Virus record (IMG/VR): IMGVR_UViG_3300005403_000005
Span: 26,308 to 90,307 of that record
DNA: 64,000 nt
Origin: a virus
Taxonomy: Duplodnaviria; Caudoviricetes
Reading direction: 5' to 3' (one strand)
Of this stretch, positions 20,856 through 30,027 are shown one piece after another (the first letter of the stretch is position 1; each line of letters starts with the position of its first letter). A model generated the notes under the pieces. That model saw only the letters and a program-made list of their open reading frames with translations, had not been told where the DNA came from and did not search any database. A program made the position numbers and the translations under genes.

Positions 20856-21953
20856 ATGAAGGACTATCAGAGAGTTAAGTGTGAAATTTGTGGCGAGGAG
20901 GCTCACTTCATCGAAGCGCACCTGAAGAGCGCACATCCCGAGATGACCATCGATGATTACGCCGCCAAGTATCCCAGCTCTCCCATCATGTCGAAGATTG
21001 GTGAGGAGCGGCGTAAGGAGCTTATTTCCCAAAATCAGCAGTCTCCCATTATCGGGAGCATCAAGCGCCTGTTTGGATGTTCTCCCTTTGGGAGCGTTGA
21101 TGACATCATGATGTTCTCAGCGCCCCACAATACGACGCCGAAGATTGACGACGCGTACCACTTCGACAAGAAGCTTCTTGCCTCATGCCTCTATGCCATA
21201 GTGAACCGGAATAATCCGGTTCTCCTTACCGGACCCACGGGAAGCGGCAAATCCTCCATCATCACGCAGATTGCGGCACGCCTCAATCGCCCCTTCTTCC
21301 GCATCAACTGCGATACGGATGTGACGCGGGCTGATTTCGTAGGGCAGTGGGTGCTCCGTGGCAAGGATATGGTGTTCCAGTACGGCATCCTCCCTATCGC
21401 CATGAAGACCGGAGCGATTCAAATTGTCGATGAATGGGATACTGCCAATCCTGGCGTTGCAATGACGCTTCAAGCTGTCCTTGAGGATGACGGGAAGCTG
21501 ACCATTGCGGAGACTGGGGAAATCATCGAGCCGCACGAGAACTTCCGACTCTTCTGCACTGCGAACACCTTGGGGATGGGGGATGAGACTGGACTCTACA
21601 ATGGTACTCAGCCTCAGAACTTTGCGCAACTCGACCGATTCAAAATCGTCGAGCACGTAACGTATCCCAGCGCATCCGTTGAGCAAAGCATCATCAAGTC
21701 TAAGACGGGCATCGATGATAGTGACATCCTCAATAAACTCACGGAATTCGCCCGATTGGTTCGTGAGGCGTTTATCAAAGAGGAGATTCGCGTCACGATG
21801 TCCACACGCACCATAATCAACGTGGCAGAGAAGATTGTCGATTTCGGGGATGTGGGAACTGCATACCGCATGAGCTATGTCAATAAGTGCTCTGGCGAGG
21901 ATAAGAAGTTCGTCGGTGAGTGCTTGCAGAGAGTCTGGGCAATCCGGGCGTAG
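20856..21953 (+). CDS. MoxR/CobS-like AAA+ ATPase with N-terminal Zn finger
   Basis: CEIC...HL..H; GPTGSGKS; VDEWD; TANTLG...AQLDRF. Confidence 0.9.
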   Translation: MKDYQRVKCEICGEEAHFIEAHLKSAHPEMTIDDYAAKYPSSPIMSKIGEERRKELISQNQQSPIIGSIKRLFGCSPFGSVDDIMMFSAPHNTTPKIDDAYHFDKKLLASCLYAIVNRNNPVLLTGPTGSGKSSIITQIAARLNRPFFRINCDTDVTRADFVGQWVLRGKDMVFQYGILPIAMKTGAIQIVDEWDTANPGVAMTLQAVLEDDGKLTIAETGEIIEPHENFRLFCTANTLGMGDETGLYNGTQPQNFAQLDRFKIVEHVTYPSASVEQSIIKSKTGIDDSDILNKLTEFARLVREAFIKEEIRVTMSTRTIINVAEKIVDFGDVGTAYRMSYVNKCSGEDKKFVGECLQRVWAIRA

Positions 21954-21961
21954 GAGGAATC

Positions 21962-22525
21962 ATGTTTGATGCGAATCACAGTAAACTTGTGAAAAGCTAT
22001 GCCGATATTCACCATCGCTCCCTTCGGGCGATGGGCTTGTGGATTGAGAAGGAAGACCTTGAAGGGGAGTTCTTCCTCATCTTGGCTAAAGCGTACAAGA
22101 TGTTTCGTGACTCTGATGGTCGTAATGCCAAATTTGAAACGTATGTTATCTCGGCCATAAATAATAGGTTTCTGGATATTCGCAACAAGCTGATTTACGA
22201 CGCCAAGTGCGGGGCAGCGCACCGCCCGACAGAGCAGGGGAGTGGGCTGTACGGGATTCAGACTGTGGATGTCGTTTCGACGATAAAGGAGGTCTTCGCC
22301 TCCCTCTCGGCAAAGGAAAGGGAGGTTATGCGCGAGTTGATTTCCCCCACGGAGGAGATTGTCGAGCGCATACCTGATGGCTGTTCCCAGCGGGTCTATC
22401 TTGGCAAAGTCCAGAGAGCGATATCCGAAGTCCACGGATATTCCTACACTGAGGTTAAGAATATGGTTAAAAAGATTCGTGGTAAGGTTAAGAAATCACT
22501 TGCCTATTGTCAGAAAATAAAGTAA
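21962..22525 (+). CDS. Sigma70-family/ECF-like RNA polymerase sigma factor
   Basis: EDLEGEFFL...AKFETYVISAINNRFLD (region 2-like), LSAKEREV (region 4-like); AGGAGG RBS. Confidence 0.6.
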   Translation: MFDANHSKLVKSYADIHHRSLRAMGLWIEKEDLEGEFFLILAKAYKMFRDSDGRNAKFETYVISAINNRFLDIRNKLIYDAKCGAAHRPTEQGSGLYGIQTVDVVSTIKEVFASLSAKEREVMRELISPTEEIVERIPDGCSQRVYLGKVQRAISEVHGYSYTEVKNMVKKIRGKVKKSLAYCQKIK

Positions 22526-22560
22526 ATACTTAATATGAATCACGAAAGGAGGATGCTGTT

Positions 22561-23037
22561 ATGACCCCACCAAAAAAGGAAGACAATCTCTCAAAGCTTG
22601 AAGTTCGCATTCACGAGTTGGAGCGCTATATCGCTGATAAGTCGTGCTTTGGTTTGAAGATGGATGGCGCTGATGGCTGCGCTAAGTGTGAGCTGGGCGA
22701 TATCTGCCCCGAGTACATCGATGAGCGGCTTGTGATGGAAGAACGCTCCATGTGGGCAGAAGAGGCAGAAGAAGCTGTCGATTCCGAGCTTGAGGAGCTT
22801 GGTGAGAAGAAAGTTGTCGAGAAGAAAGAGGATGATTCCGCAGATTCAGTCTGGGTGAAAGCAGTGAAGCGCATCACCAAGGATAAGCCCTCGACGCTCG
22901 ATGGCGTGGTTCGCATCATGGTCGAATTCGGCATGAGCGATGTGGTTGCGGGGAAAGCTTCGGCAGCGGTCATCAAGAATCTCGTTGCAAGTGGCATCAT
23001 GGAATTCGATGGCTCTGCTATCACGTGGAAGAAGTGA
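22561..23037 (+). CDS. Hypothetical protein with Cys cluster
   Basis: SCFG...CAKC...IC; AAGGAGG RBS. Confidence 0.6.
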   Translation: MTPPKKEDNLSKLEVRIHELERYIADKSCFGLKMDGADGCAKCELGDICPEYIDERLVMEERSMWAEEAEEAVDSELEELGEKKVVEKKEDDSADSVWVKAVKRITKDKPSTLDGVVRIMVEFGMSDVVAGKASAAVIKNLVASGIMEFDGSAITWKK

Positions 23038-23453
23038 TGGGCGAGGATGATAAGCTCGACGCTTTTGTGTACGCAGTCAATGCGCTCCGCAATGGCTCCG
23101 ATTATAGCATCGAGGATTTTGAAGGCTGCGTTACGTTCTATTACGAGGATAGGCGAAGAAATCACGACGAAGAGAAGGGAGGGGACGGCATGGAATGGGT
23201 GAGATTGACGATGAAGTGGGGGAAGTCGTGTAGCGAGTGTGGTGTAAGCCTCCCTGTGGGAGCTGTGGCATTTGGCAGACGCGAAGATGCGACTGGGGGG
23301 TGGATATTCAAATGCCACGATTGCAATGTCTCGGGGCGGGATTCCGACATCAACAGAAGCATCGAGCCTGAAGTAAAGCCTCCTCCTCCAAAGCCAAAGA
23401 AATCGCCACTCGAAGAGATAAAGCTAAAGGCACGATGGAGGCTTACTGAATGA
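23037..23453 (+). CDS. Zn-finger protein with C-terminal ARWRL tag
   Basis: CSEC...CHDC; ends PPPPKPKKSPLEEIKLKARWRLTE. Confidence 0.6.
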   Translation: MGEDDKLDAFVYAVNALRNGSDYSIEDFEGCVTFYYEDRRRNHDEEKGGDGMEWVRLTMKWGKSCSECGVSLPVGAVAFGRREDATGGWIFKCHDCNVSGRDSDINRSIEPEVKPPPPKPKKSPLEEIKLKARWRLTE

Positions 23454-23875
23454 GCAAATACGTAGCACGATACAGCATCGCATCATCAAGTTCAAGTTCA
23501 CGGCACTATACGGTTTCATTTGCACCTGATGGCGTTGGGCAATGCTCCTGTGTCGCATGGACTCGAAAGCGCATCAGGTGCAAGCATATCGCGGAGGCAG
23601 AGCGTGTTCATCACGATGATATCGCAATGACATTCCTCAGGTACTATCGTGACATCCATAAGACACTGCCCATTACGATAGCCGCGAGAGAATGGTATAA
23701 CAAGGGAGTTGGGATTGAGGCAAATCCGCTCACCAACCAGAAGCCTGATATATGGGCTGACGAGCCACCTCCACCGAAACCACCGCGAAAGCAGAGGGGG
23801 AAGCCTGCTGTCAGCGATGATGACAAGACAGCTTTGGAACGCATTAAGGACAATGCGCGGTGGAGGCTGAAATGA
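23450..23875 (+). CDS. SWIM Zn-finger protein with C-terminal ARWRL tag
   Basis: QCSC...RCKH; ends LERIKDNARWRLK. Confidence 0.7.
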   Translation: MSKYVARYSIASSSSSSRHYTVSFAPDGVGQCSCVAWTRKRIRCKHIAEAERVHHDDIAMTFLRYYRDIHKTLPITIAAREWYNKGVGIEANPLTNQKPDIWADEPPPPKPPRKQRGKPAVSDDDKTALERIKDNARWRLK

Positions 23876-25935
23876 TTCCATTTGTTCATCTCCACCTCCA
23901 TTCGCATTATTCGACGCTCGATGGCCTGGGGAAGGTCGATGAGATTGTGAAGCGTGCAGTCGAGATTGGTTCTCCCGCTGTCGCAGTCACGGACCACGGC
24001 TCGATATCCTCGCTCCCCGAGCTGTTTGCGGAATGCGAGAAGGCGGGAATCAAGCCAATCCCCGGCTGCGAATTCTACGTTGTTGATGATGTAGAGGGGA
24101 AGAAGGGGGAGCGCAGGATTCACCTCACGGTCTGGGCGAAAAGCTGGAAGGGTGTTCAAAACATCCTTTCCCAGCTTACCGCCGCAAACAAGCAATTCTA
24201 CCATCGTCCACGGCTTACGTGGGAGCAGGCGATGCAGTTCGAGGAGTGTTGTATCGGCACTGCATGTACCGTTGGGCCGCTCATGTGCGATGACTACGAG
24301 GATAGGGTTGTGAAGCTATCCTCCGTCTACGGGGAAGACCTCTACCTTGAGATAATGCCAAACGTAATATCGGAGGATGGGCAGGATATCCAGAGCATCG
24401 CCAATAATCGTGCGATTGAGATGTCCCAGAAGTACGTCATCAAGCTGATAGCAACCAATGATGCGCATTACGTTCGCCGGGAAGACTCCTTCACCCACGA
24501 AATACTCCTCGCCATCCAGAGTGGCTCCACGCTCAAAGACCCGAACCGCTGGAAGTTCGGGAGTGACGCCTTCTACATGAGGGATGGCGCAGAGATGATT
24601 TCCGCATGCCAGAGCGTCGGTATCCACTCGTCACACACCATCTCCGCAATAGCAAACACCATTGAGCTTGCCAACAAGATAAATGTCGAGATGCCCAAGT
24701 TCGAGGTGAAGCTTCCCAGCCTCTATCCAGATGATGCCGCAGTCTTTCAGCAGAAGGTGATGGATGGCTGGAATAAGCTGATTGTGGCAACAGGGAAGGT
24801 GAATCAGGAATACAGGGAGCGTCTTGTCTATGAAATTGGCGTTATCAATAAGCTTGGTTTTATTCGCTATTTTCTTATTGTTGAGGACATCATCAATTGG
24901 TCGCGTGCCAATGGAATTATGGTTGGTCCTGGTCGTGGTTCTGCTGCTGGCTCCCTTGTGTGTTATCTCATGGGTATTACACAAGTTGACCCAATTCGTT
25001 TCGGACTATATTTTGAGCGATTCCTGAACCCGGAGCGGATTGACCTCCCTGATATCGACGTAGATTTCGCGGACAATCGCAGGGATGAGGTTTTCGCATA
25101 CATCAAGGCGAAGTATGGCGATGATAAGGTGGGGCGGATAGGGACATTCAACGCCATGCAGATTGCCGGGGCTTTCCGCGATGTCGCCAAGGTCTATGAT
25201 GTCAACCTCCTGACCGTAAACATGCTCTCCAAGCAGATAGAGGATGTCGAATCCTTTGAGAAGGTTCCGGAGCTTGCGAAATTCAAGGCGGATAATGCCG
25301 CTCTGATGGAGCAGGTCTTCAAGATAAACGGGACGATTCGCAGTCTCGGGACTCACGCATGCGGCTTGGTCATCTCCTCCGAGCCCCTCGTAAATACGGG
25401 TGCCATTGAGAAGCATGGCGATAGCGAGACAATCAACTGGGATAAGAATGTGGCTGAGAAATTCGGACTCCTGAAGGTTGATATTCTCGGACTATCGACA
25501 CTCTCCATCCTCTCCAAGGCGAGGGATATCATCAAGGTTCGTCGTGGCGTGGATATCGACTTCACATCAATCCCGCTCGACGACCAGAAGACGCTTGAGC
25601 TCTTCCGCAGGGGTGAGGGTGTCGGGGTGTTCCAGTTCGAGAACTGTATCTCTGGCGATGCGATTGTTGATGGGGTTAAGCTTAAAGACCTTTATGTGAA
25701 AAATGTCTATAAATCTATTCGCTGCCTAGATGAATCGTCAATGGTGATAAAGAAGGGCAGGGTAAAGAAGGTTGTTTACTCTGGGGTGCAGAAGGTCTTT
25801 AAGCTGAAGACGAAAAATGGCAAGGAGCTTAGGCTCACAGAGGAGCATCCAGTTTATGTAAGGGGCGCAGGGTGGGTAAAATTGAAGGATGTTAAGGAGG
25901 GTGATGAAATCCTTACGATAAGGAGGAAGTTGTGA
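23872..25935 (+). CDS. dnaE: DNA polymerase III alpha, N-terminal half, fused to N-intein
   Basis: HLHLHSHYS PHP, TDHG, TNDAHY, GRGSAAGSLV, PDIDVDF, THACG, KVDILGL, GVFQFEN then intein Cys1. Confidence 0.95.
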   Translation: MIPFVHLHLHSHYSTLDGLGKVDEIVKRAVEIGSPAVAVTDHGSISSLPELFAECEKAGIKPIPGCEFYVVDDVEGKKGERRIHLTVWAKSWKGVQNILSQLTAANKQFYHRPRLTWEQAMQFEECCIGTACTVGPLMCDDYEDRVVKLSSVYGEDLYLEIMPNVISEDGQDIQSIANNRAIEMSQKYVIKLIATNDAHYVRREDSFTHEILLAIQSGSTLKDPNRWKFGSDAFYMRDGAEMISACQSVGIHSSHTISAIANTIELANKINVEMPKFEVKLPSLYPDDAAVFQQKVMDGWNKLIVATGKVNQEYRERLVYEIGVINKLGFIRYFLIVEDIINWSRANGIMVGPGRGSAAGSLVCYLMGITQVDPIRFGLYFERFLNPERIDLPDIDVDFADNRRDEVFAYIKAKYGDDKVGRIGTFNAMQIAGAFRDVAKVYDVNLLTVNMLSKQIEDVESFEKVPELAKFKADNAALMEQVFKINGTIRSLGTHACGLVISSEPLVNTGAIEKHGDSETINWDKNVAEKFGLLKVDILGLSTLSILSKARDIIKVRRGVDIDFTSIPLDDQKTLELFRRGEGVGVFQFENCISGDAIVDGVKLKDLYVKNVYKSIRCLDESSMVIKKGRVKKVVYSGVQKVFKLKTKNGKELRLTEEHPVYVRGAGWVKLKDVKEGDEILTIRRKL

Positions 25936-26615
25936 TTGAGTATCAAGCGAAGAATGGTCGGTGGTATGTGAGGTTTTCGACTATGAGTGATGCCCACTTG
26001 ATAGAGCGATTTGGCAAGGATAGGATGTTTAGGTCGCATTTTGTATATTGTTGTGCGCATGGTTTAAGCTCCATTCCTGAAAATTGTGTAATTCACCACA
26101 ATAATCGGGATAAATCTGACGATTCTTTGTCAAATTTGACACTTCTTGGCGTCGACGAGCATATTGACATCCATAAGGTTGAAAATGCAGAAAGGGCCTC
26201 TAAGGTTCATAGGGGAAGAAAGTGTAGTCAGAAAACTATTGAGCGTATGCGAAGCGTAGCAGGAAGGCGCGGCAATAATGGCATGTGGGAGAGCAAAGTG
26301 TGCCACTCTAAGGAGACAAAAAAGAAGATGTCAGAGTTGCAGGCAGGAAAAGACAACTCTTGTTTTCGGAGTGATATCGACCCAGAGTTGGTGAGGCTGG
26401 AGTATTTTGAGGAGCCCAATATTGCGAAGATTTCAGACAAGTTTGGGTGCTCAAATATAGCGATTAGAAACCGAGTTCAAGACTTGAATGACGGCTGCGA
26501 CATTGAGTGGAGCGAAGTCCTCTCTATAGAGGAGGATGGAGAAGATGATGTTTATGATATTCAGATGGAGGGGAATTCACCATCATTTGTGGCAAATGGT
26601 GTAGTTGTGCATAAC
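25645..26615 (+). mobile_element. Split intein (IntN 25645-25935; HNH+IntC 25932-26615) in dnaE
   Basis: CISGD start, LTEEHP block B, VYDIQM...FVANGVVVHN end followed by Cys; stop/start overlap GTGA with AGGAGG RBS inside the intein. Confidence 0.85.
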
Positions 26616-28088
26616 TGTGGCATGCAGTCGCTTCTTCGTGGCATCGAGTGCTCCACTTTTGATATGGCGACTGATACGACAGCGCTCTTCCGTCCGGGCT
26701 CGCTCAATTCCGGGCAGACTGCCCAGTACGTCCGTATCGCGAAGGGCGATGAGTATGAGTATTATGAGACTCCGCTTCTCAAGCCTATCCTTGGACCAAC
26801 GAAGGGAATCCTCGTCTACCAAGAGCAAATCATGCAGATATTCGTTCAGCTCGGCGGCTTCTCATGGGCTGGCGCTGACAAGATGAGAAAGATTATCGGC
26901 AAGAAGCTCGGCAAGGATGAGTTCGAGAAGCATCGTGCTGGCTTCGTGGATGGCTGCGTGGTGAATGGGATAGATGCCAATGCTGCTTCATCCCTCTTCG
27001 ACAAGATGGCGGAATTCGCCGCTTACTCCTTCAATAAGTCGCATGCAGTGGCATACACAATGCTCTCCTTCTGGTCGATGTATCTCAAGGCCCACTTCCC
27101 AGCCGAATTCTTTGCCGCACAACTGGGGAACAGCTCGGATGAGCGGATAACGCTTCTTTCCCGCGAAGCGGAGCGGTGCGGAATCAGGATTAGGTTGCCA
27201 GATGTCAACCTATCAACAGATGAGTATGTGATTGACGAGGATGGCGCAATAGTGCCTCCGCTGGGCATCGTGAAGGGGATAGGCACAAAGGCTGTTGAGG
27301 AGATTCTCAGGGCTCGCTCCGATGGTGCATTTCTCTCTGAGGCTGATTTTCTCTCCCGCGTCCAGAAGCGTCAGTGCAATTCGAGAGTTCATGGAGCTCT
27401 TGTCCGTGCTGGTGGCTTTGAATCTCTGGGCGTGCGGGAGGACAGGGAAGAGGAGCGTGTCAAGAATTTCTCCGAACTGCTCCCCACGTACAACAATACG
27501 CCAAAGCTGGCGAAGGGTGGTGGGAATCTCAATCTCGCGGAGTTGAAGTCGATTCTCACCAATAGTGCGGTTTGTGCTTCAACTGCGAAGCGGAAATACC
27601 TCATGCCAGTATTCCCACAGAACACTGCGAAGCCGAGTATCATGATAATCAACAACCCGGTGAAGCGGGAGTACAAGCATCTGACGGCGGATAGCACAAA
27701 GTTTCTCGTCACTGAGCTGAAGGAGGTTGGGATTCTGGCAAGGGATATCTACTACACATCCCCCGTCAAGTGCTTCTTCGACCCCAAGGGTTCCCCAGCA
27801 CAACCAACAAAAGAATGCGAGGGGAAATGCACCGATTATCTCCGTCAGGAGATAGTAGCAGTGGGGCCGAAAATAATCGTCTGCTTCGCTTCAAGCCTTG
27901 TGCATCTCTTCACAGGGGATAAGAAGGCGAAGATGTCATCCCTGCAAGGTCAGGTGATATACAGCAAGCAGTTCGGCTGTTACGTTCTATTCTCCTGCTC
28001 CCCGCAGTTCGCATTCTTCAGCGAGGGTGGCGAGAATATGGATAAGTTCAGGGCGGCAATTCAGACGCTCGGTGGAATCTTCAAGTGA
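25932..28088 (+). CDS. dnaE: HNH endonuclease + C-intein + DnaE C-terminal half + UDG-like domain
   Basis: IHHNNRDKSDD..SNL HNH; NUMOD3-like HSKETKKKMS; LFRPG, YQEQIM, YSFNKSHAVAY, VKGIG; tail YYTSPVKCF...LRQEI....PKIIVCF. Confidence 0.9.
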   Translation: MIEYQAKNGRWYVRFSTMSDAHLIERFGKDRMFRSHFVYCCAHGLSSIPENCVIHHNNRDKSDDSLSNLTLLGVDEHIDIHKVENAERASKVHRGRKCSQKTIERMRSVAGRRGNNGMWESKVCHSKETKKKMSELQAGKDNSCFRSDIDPELVRLEYFEEPNIAKISDKFGCSNIAIRNRVQDLNDGCDIEWSEVLSIEEDGEDDVYDIQMEGNSPSFVANGVVVHNCGMQSLLRGIECSTFDMATDTTALFRPGSLNSGQTAQYVRIAKGDEYEYYETPLLKPILGPTKGILVYQEQIMQIFVQLGGFSWAGADKMRKIIGKKLGKDEFEKHRAGFVDGCVVNGIDANAASSLFDKMAEFAAYSFNKSHAVAYTMLSFWSMYLKAHFPAEFFAAQLGNSSDERITLLSREAERCGIRIRLPDVNLSTDEYVIDEDGAIVPPLGIVKGIGTKAVEEILRARSDGAFLSEADFLSRVQKRQCNSRVHGALVRAGGFESLGVREDREEERVKNFSELLPTYNNTPKLAKGGGNLNLAELKSILTNSAVCASTAKRKYLMPVFPQNTAKPSIMIINNPVKREYKHLTADSTKFLVTELKEVGILARDIYYTSPVKCFFDPKGSPAQPTKECEGKCTDYLRQEIVAVGPKIIVCFASSLVHLFTGDKKAKMSSLQGQVIYSKQFGCYVLFSCSPQFAFFSEGGENMDKFRAAIQTLGGIFK

Positions 28089-28097
28089 GGTGAACGT

Positions 28098-28292
28098 ATG
28101 GGTATGAAGTGGGAGCAGATTGACGATTATCATGTCAGGGCTAAGATTCCTGGCGGCTGGCTTGTGAAGGCATTTGAGGGTGTTTGTCACAACATGATAA
28201 GTGATGGAAGGGGCATGATGGATGGTTATGATTTCAGAGTCGCCATGTGTTTCGTTCCAGACCCCAAGCATGAGTGGGCCATCGAGGAGTAA
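28098..28292 (+). CDS. Hypothetical protein
   Basis: GAGGTG RBS. Confidence 0.55.
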   Translation: MGMKWEQIDDYHVRAKIPGGWLVKAFEGVCHNMISDGRGMMDGYDFRVAMCFVPDPKHEWAIEE

Positions 28293-28501
28293 GAAATGTT
28301 CTTTTCAACAGAAGTAGCGTGTGAGTGTGGCGTAAAATTGGCGGCAGATAAGTCGTACAGTGATGTCCTCAGAATCACCTGCCCCAGATGTCTTAGAGCT
28401 ATTCCCTTGGAGCTTGTTGGCATTGGTATCAATGACTGTACGCTCGTTCGCAGTGCCAAGAGAATTCCTGAGAAAAAAGCGCTTCATGGCTCGCTTTTAT
28501 A

Positions 28502-28530
28502 TTGACTTAATCAACTACTTAATGTATAGT
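28502..28530 (+). promoter_or_regulatory. Sigma70-type promoter with conserved spacer motif
   Basis: TTGACT-TAATCAACTACTTAATG-TATAGT, identical to the 20799 copy. Confidence 0.75.
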
Positions 28531-28608
28531 GATTGCAGATGATGCGCGGAAAGTGGATTAAATCATGATGACATTAAGCAACTACACGATAGAGAGGAGG
28601 TGAACATC

Positions 28609-29031
28609 ATGAGCGATATGACGAAATTGCGGAATCTGGAAATCGACCAAACAAAGCTTGATGAGGAGCTTTGCACCCAAGCATCGAACTTTCTGTTCGT
28701 TGCAGAGAAATCCGTGGAGTTGGAGGCGAAGTACCTTGCCGCGAAGCTTCAGCATGACACACTCTGCGCCCAATTGGATGGCGAAATCAGAGTCGAGCTT
28801 GATGCAAAGGGCCAGAAAGCAACTGAGAAGATTGTCGAGGCGCAGTTGCTTCTCAATGAGAAGTATCAGTCCTCGGCGAAGAATCTCAACATCATCCGGG
28901 CGCAGAAGGAAACCATCAAGGCTCTCAAGGAAGCATGGTACATGCGCAAAGACCTTCTGATTCGCATCGCCATCAATCAGCGGTCGGAAATCGAAGGACT
29001 CACGTCGACATCGGTAAAGGAAGCGGCATAG
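28609..29031 (+). CDS. Helical protein, possibly UvsY-like recombination mediator
   Basis: KATEKIVEA...KY...KALKEAWYMRKDLL pattern and position before SSB-like/RecA; inference. Confidence 0.45.
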   Translation: MSDMTKLRNLEIDQTKLDEELCTQASNFLFVAEKSVELEAKYLAAKLQHDTLCAQLDGEIRVELDAKGQKATEKIVEAQLLLNEKYQSSAKNLNIIRAQKETIKALKEAWYMRKDLLIRIAINQRSEIEGLTSTSVKEAA

Positions 29032-29064
29032 TCCGCACATCACGTAAACAAAAAGGAGAAGTAA

Positions 29065-29967
29065 ATGGCTAAAGAACTTGCACTCAATGACGATTTTCTA
29101 CGCGAAGTGGCCGGGATGACATCTGCGGAGGATGTTTCCGATGTGAAGTCCCTGCCTGTTCTCAAGATTAATTACGACAGCGATTCGACGTATCCGCAGG
29201 GAACGTGGGTGCTCGGTCAGCGGAAGAAGGGTGATGCCATCATCGAAGAGGGTGTCAAGGTCAAGGGGCTCGTCGTTCTCGCAGTACGCAATCGCTATGC
29301 GTACTACGTTGAGGACGACACTACGAAGAACTGCAATTCGCCGCTCCACATGCAGGGCGATACGGTCTTCGGCTCCAATTACAAGCAGAAGTGCGGCAAG
29401 ACCTGCTCCTATCGGGCGGATGGAATCGACCCGCGCTGTCAAGCTCAGAAGGTTGTCTTCGGACTGGCGCTCACGGAAGACGATAAGCTCGTTGAGTGCG
29501 TGGCGTACCTGAAGGGCTCCGGCTACATGCCTTTCGCGGAGTACATCGAAGAGATGGTCAAGGTCAAGCAGGGGAGTAAGTTCATCACGGTTCCCACCTT
29601 CACCTTTATCACGCTCCTCTCCTCCAAGAAGGCGAAGAAGGGCACTGTTACATACTGGATTCCGGAATTCACTCGTGGGCCGAGCTTTACGATTGCCCAA
29701 ATCAAGTCCTTCGAGGAGAAGCGCCGGTTTGCGCAGGAGTACATCGAATCACTCAATGCCAGCATCGGCGCCCCCCGCAGGGAAGATGATGATGTGACGG
29801 CTTCCACTGCCACCACTCCACGCCCCGCTACGGAGATTGTGAATGAGGTTCCCCTCGGCGTGGTGAATGTGGGCGAAGAGACTCCTCCGTGGGAAACTGA
29901 TGCGTCTGCGGCTCCCGCAGATGACATCGAAGCCGCCATCCAAGCTGCGCTTGGCTCCATGAAGTAA
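29065..29967 (+). CDS. Putative single-stranded DNA-binding protein
   Basis: Beta-rich core, acidic flexible C-tail, position next to RecA; inference. Confidence 0.5.
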   Translation: MAKELALNDDFLREVAGMTSAEDVSDVKSLPVLKINYDSDSTYPQGTWVLGQRKKGDAIIEEGVKVKGLVVLAVRNRYAYYVEDDTTKNCNSPLHMQGDTVFGSNYKQKCGKTCSYRADGIDPRCQAQKVVFGLALTEDDKLVECVAYLKGSGYMPFAEYIEEMVKVKQGSKFITVPTFTFITLLSSKKAKKGTVTYWIPEFTRGPSFTIAQIKSFEEKRRFAQEYIESLNASIGAPRREDDDVTASTATTPRPATEIVNEVPLGVVNVGEETPPWETDASAAPADDIEAAIQAALGSMK

Positions 29968-29987
29968 GCGTTTAATCGGACAACGAG

Positions 29988-30012
29988 AAGGGTGGCGAAA
30001 GCCACCCTTTTT
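29988..30012 (+). terminator. Intrinsic terminator
   Basis: AAGGGTGGC-GAAA-GCCACCCTT followed by T run. Confidence 0.75.
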
Positions 30013-30027
30013 CCGCAGGAGACATTC

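Noticed and set aside
18811-21953. Cobalamin biosynthesis (CobS/CobT) auxiliary genes
   Set aside because: No CobN or other cob genes; MoxR-VWA pairs are generic chaperones commonly mis-annotated this way.
25920-25940. dnaE break as sequencing error or pseudogene
   Set aside because: A strong AGGAGG RBS, GTGA stop/start overlap, location at the end of the N-intein and complementary charges argue for a genuine split; read check still advised.
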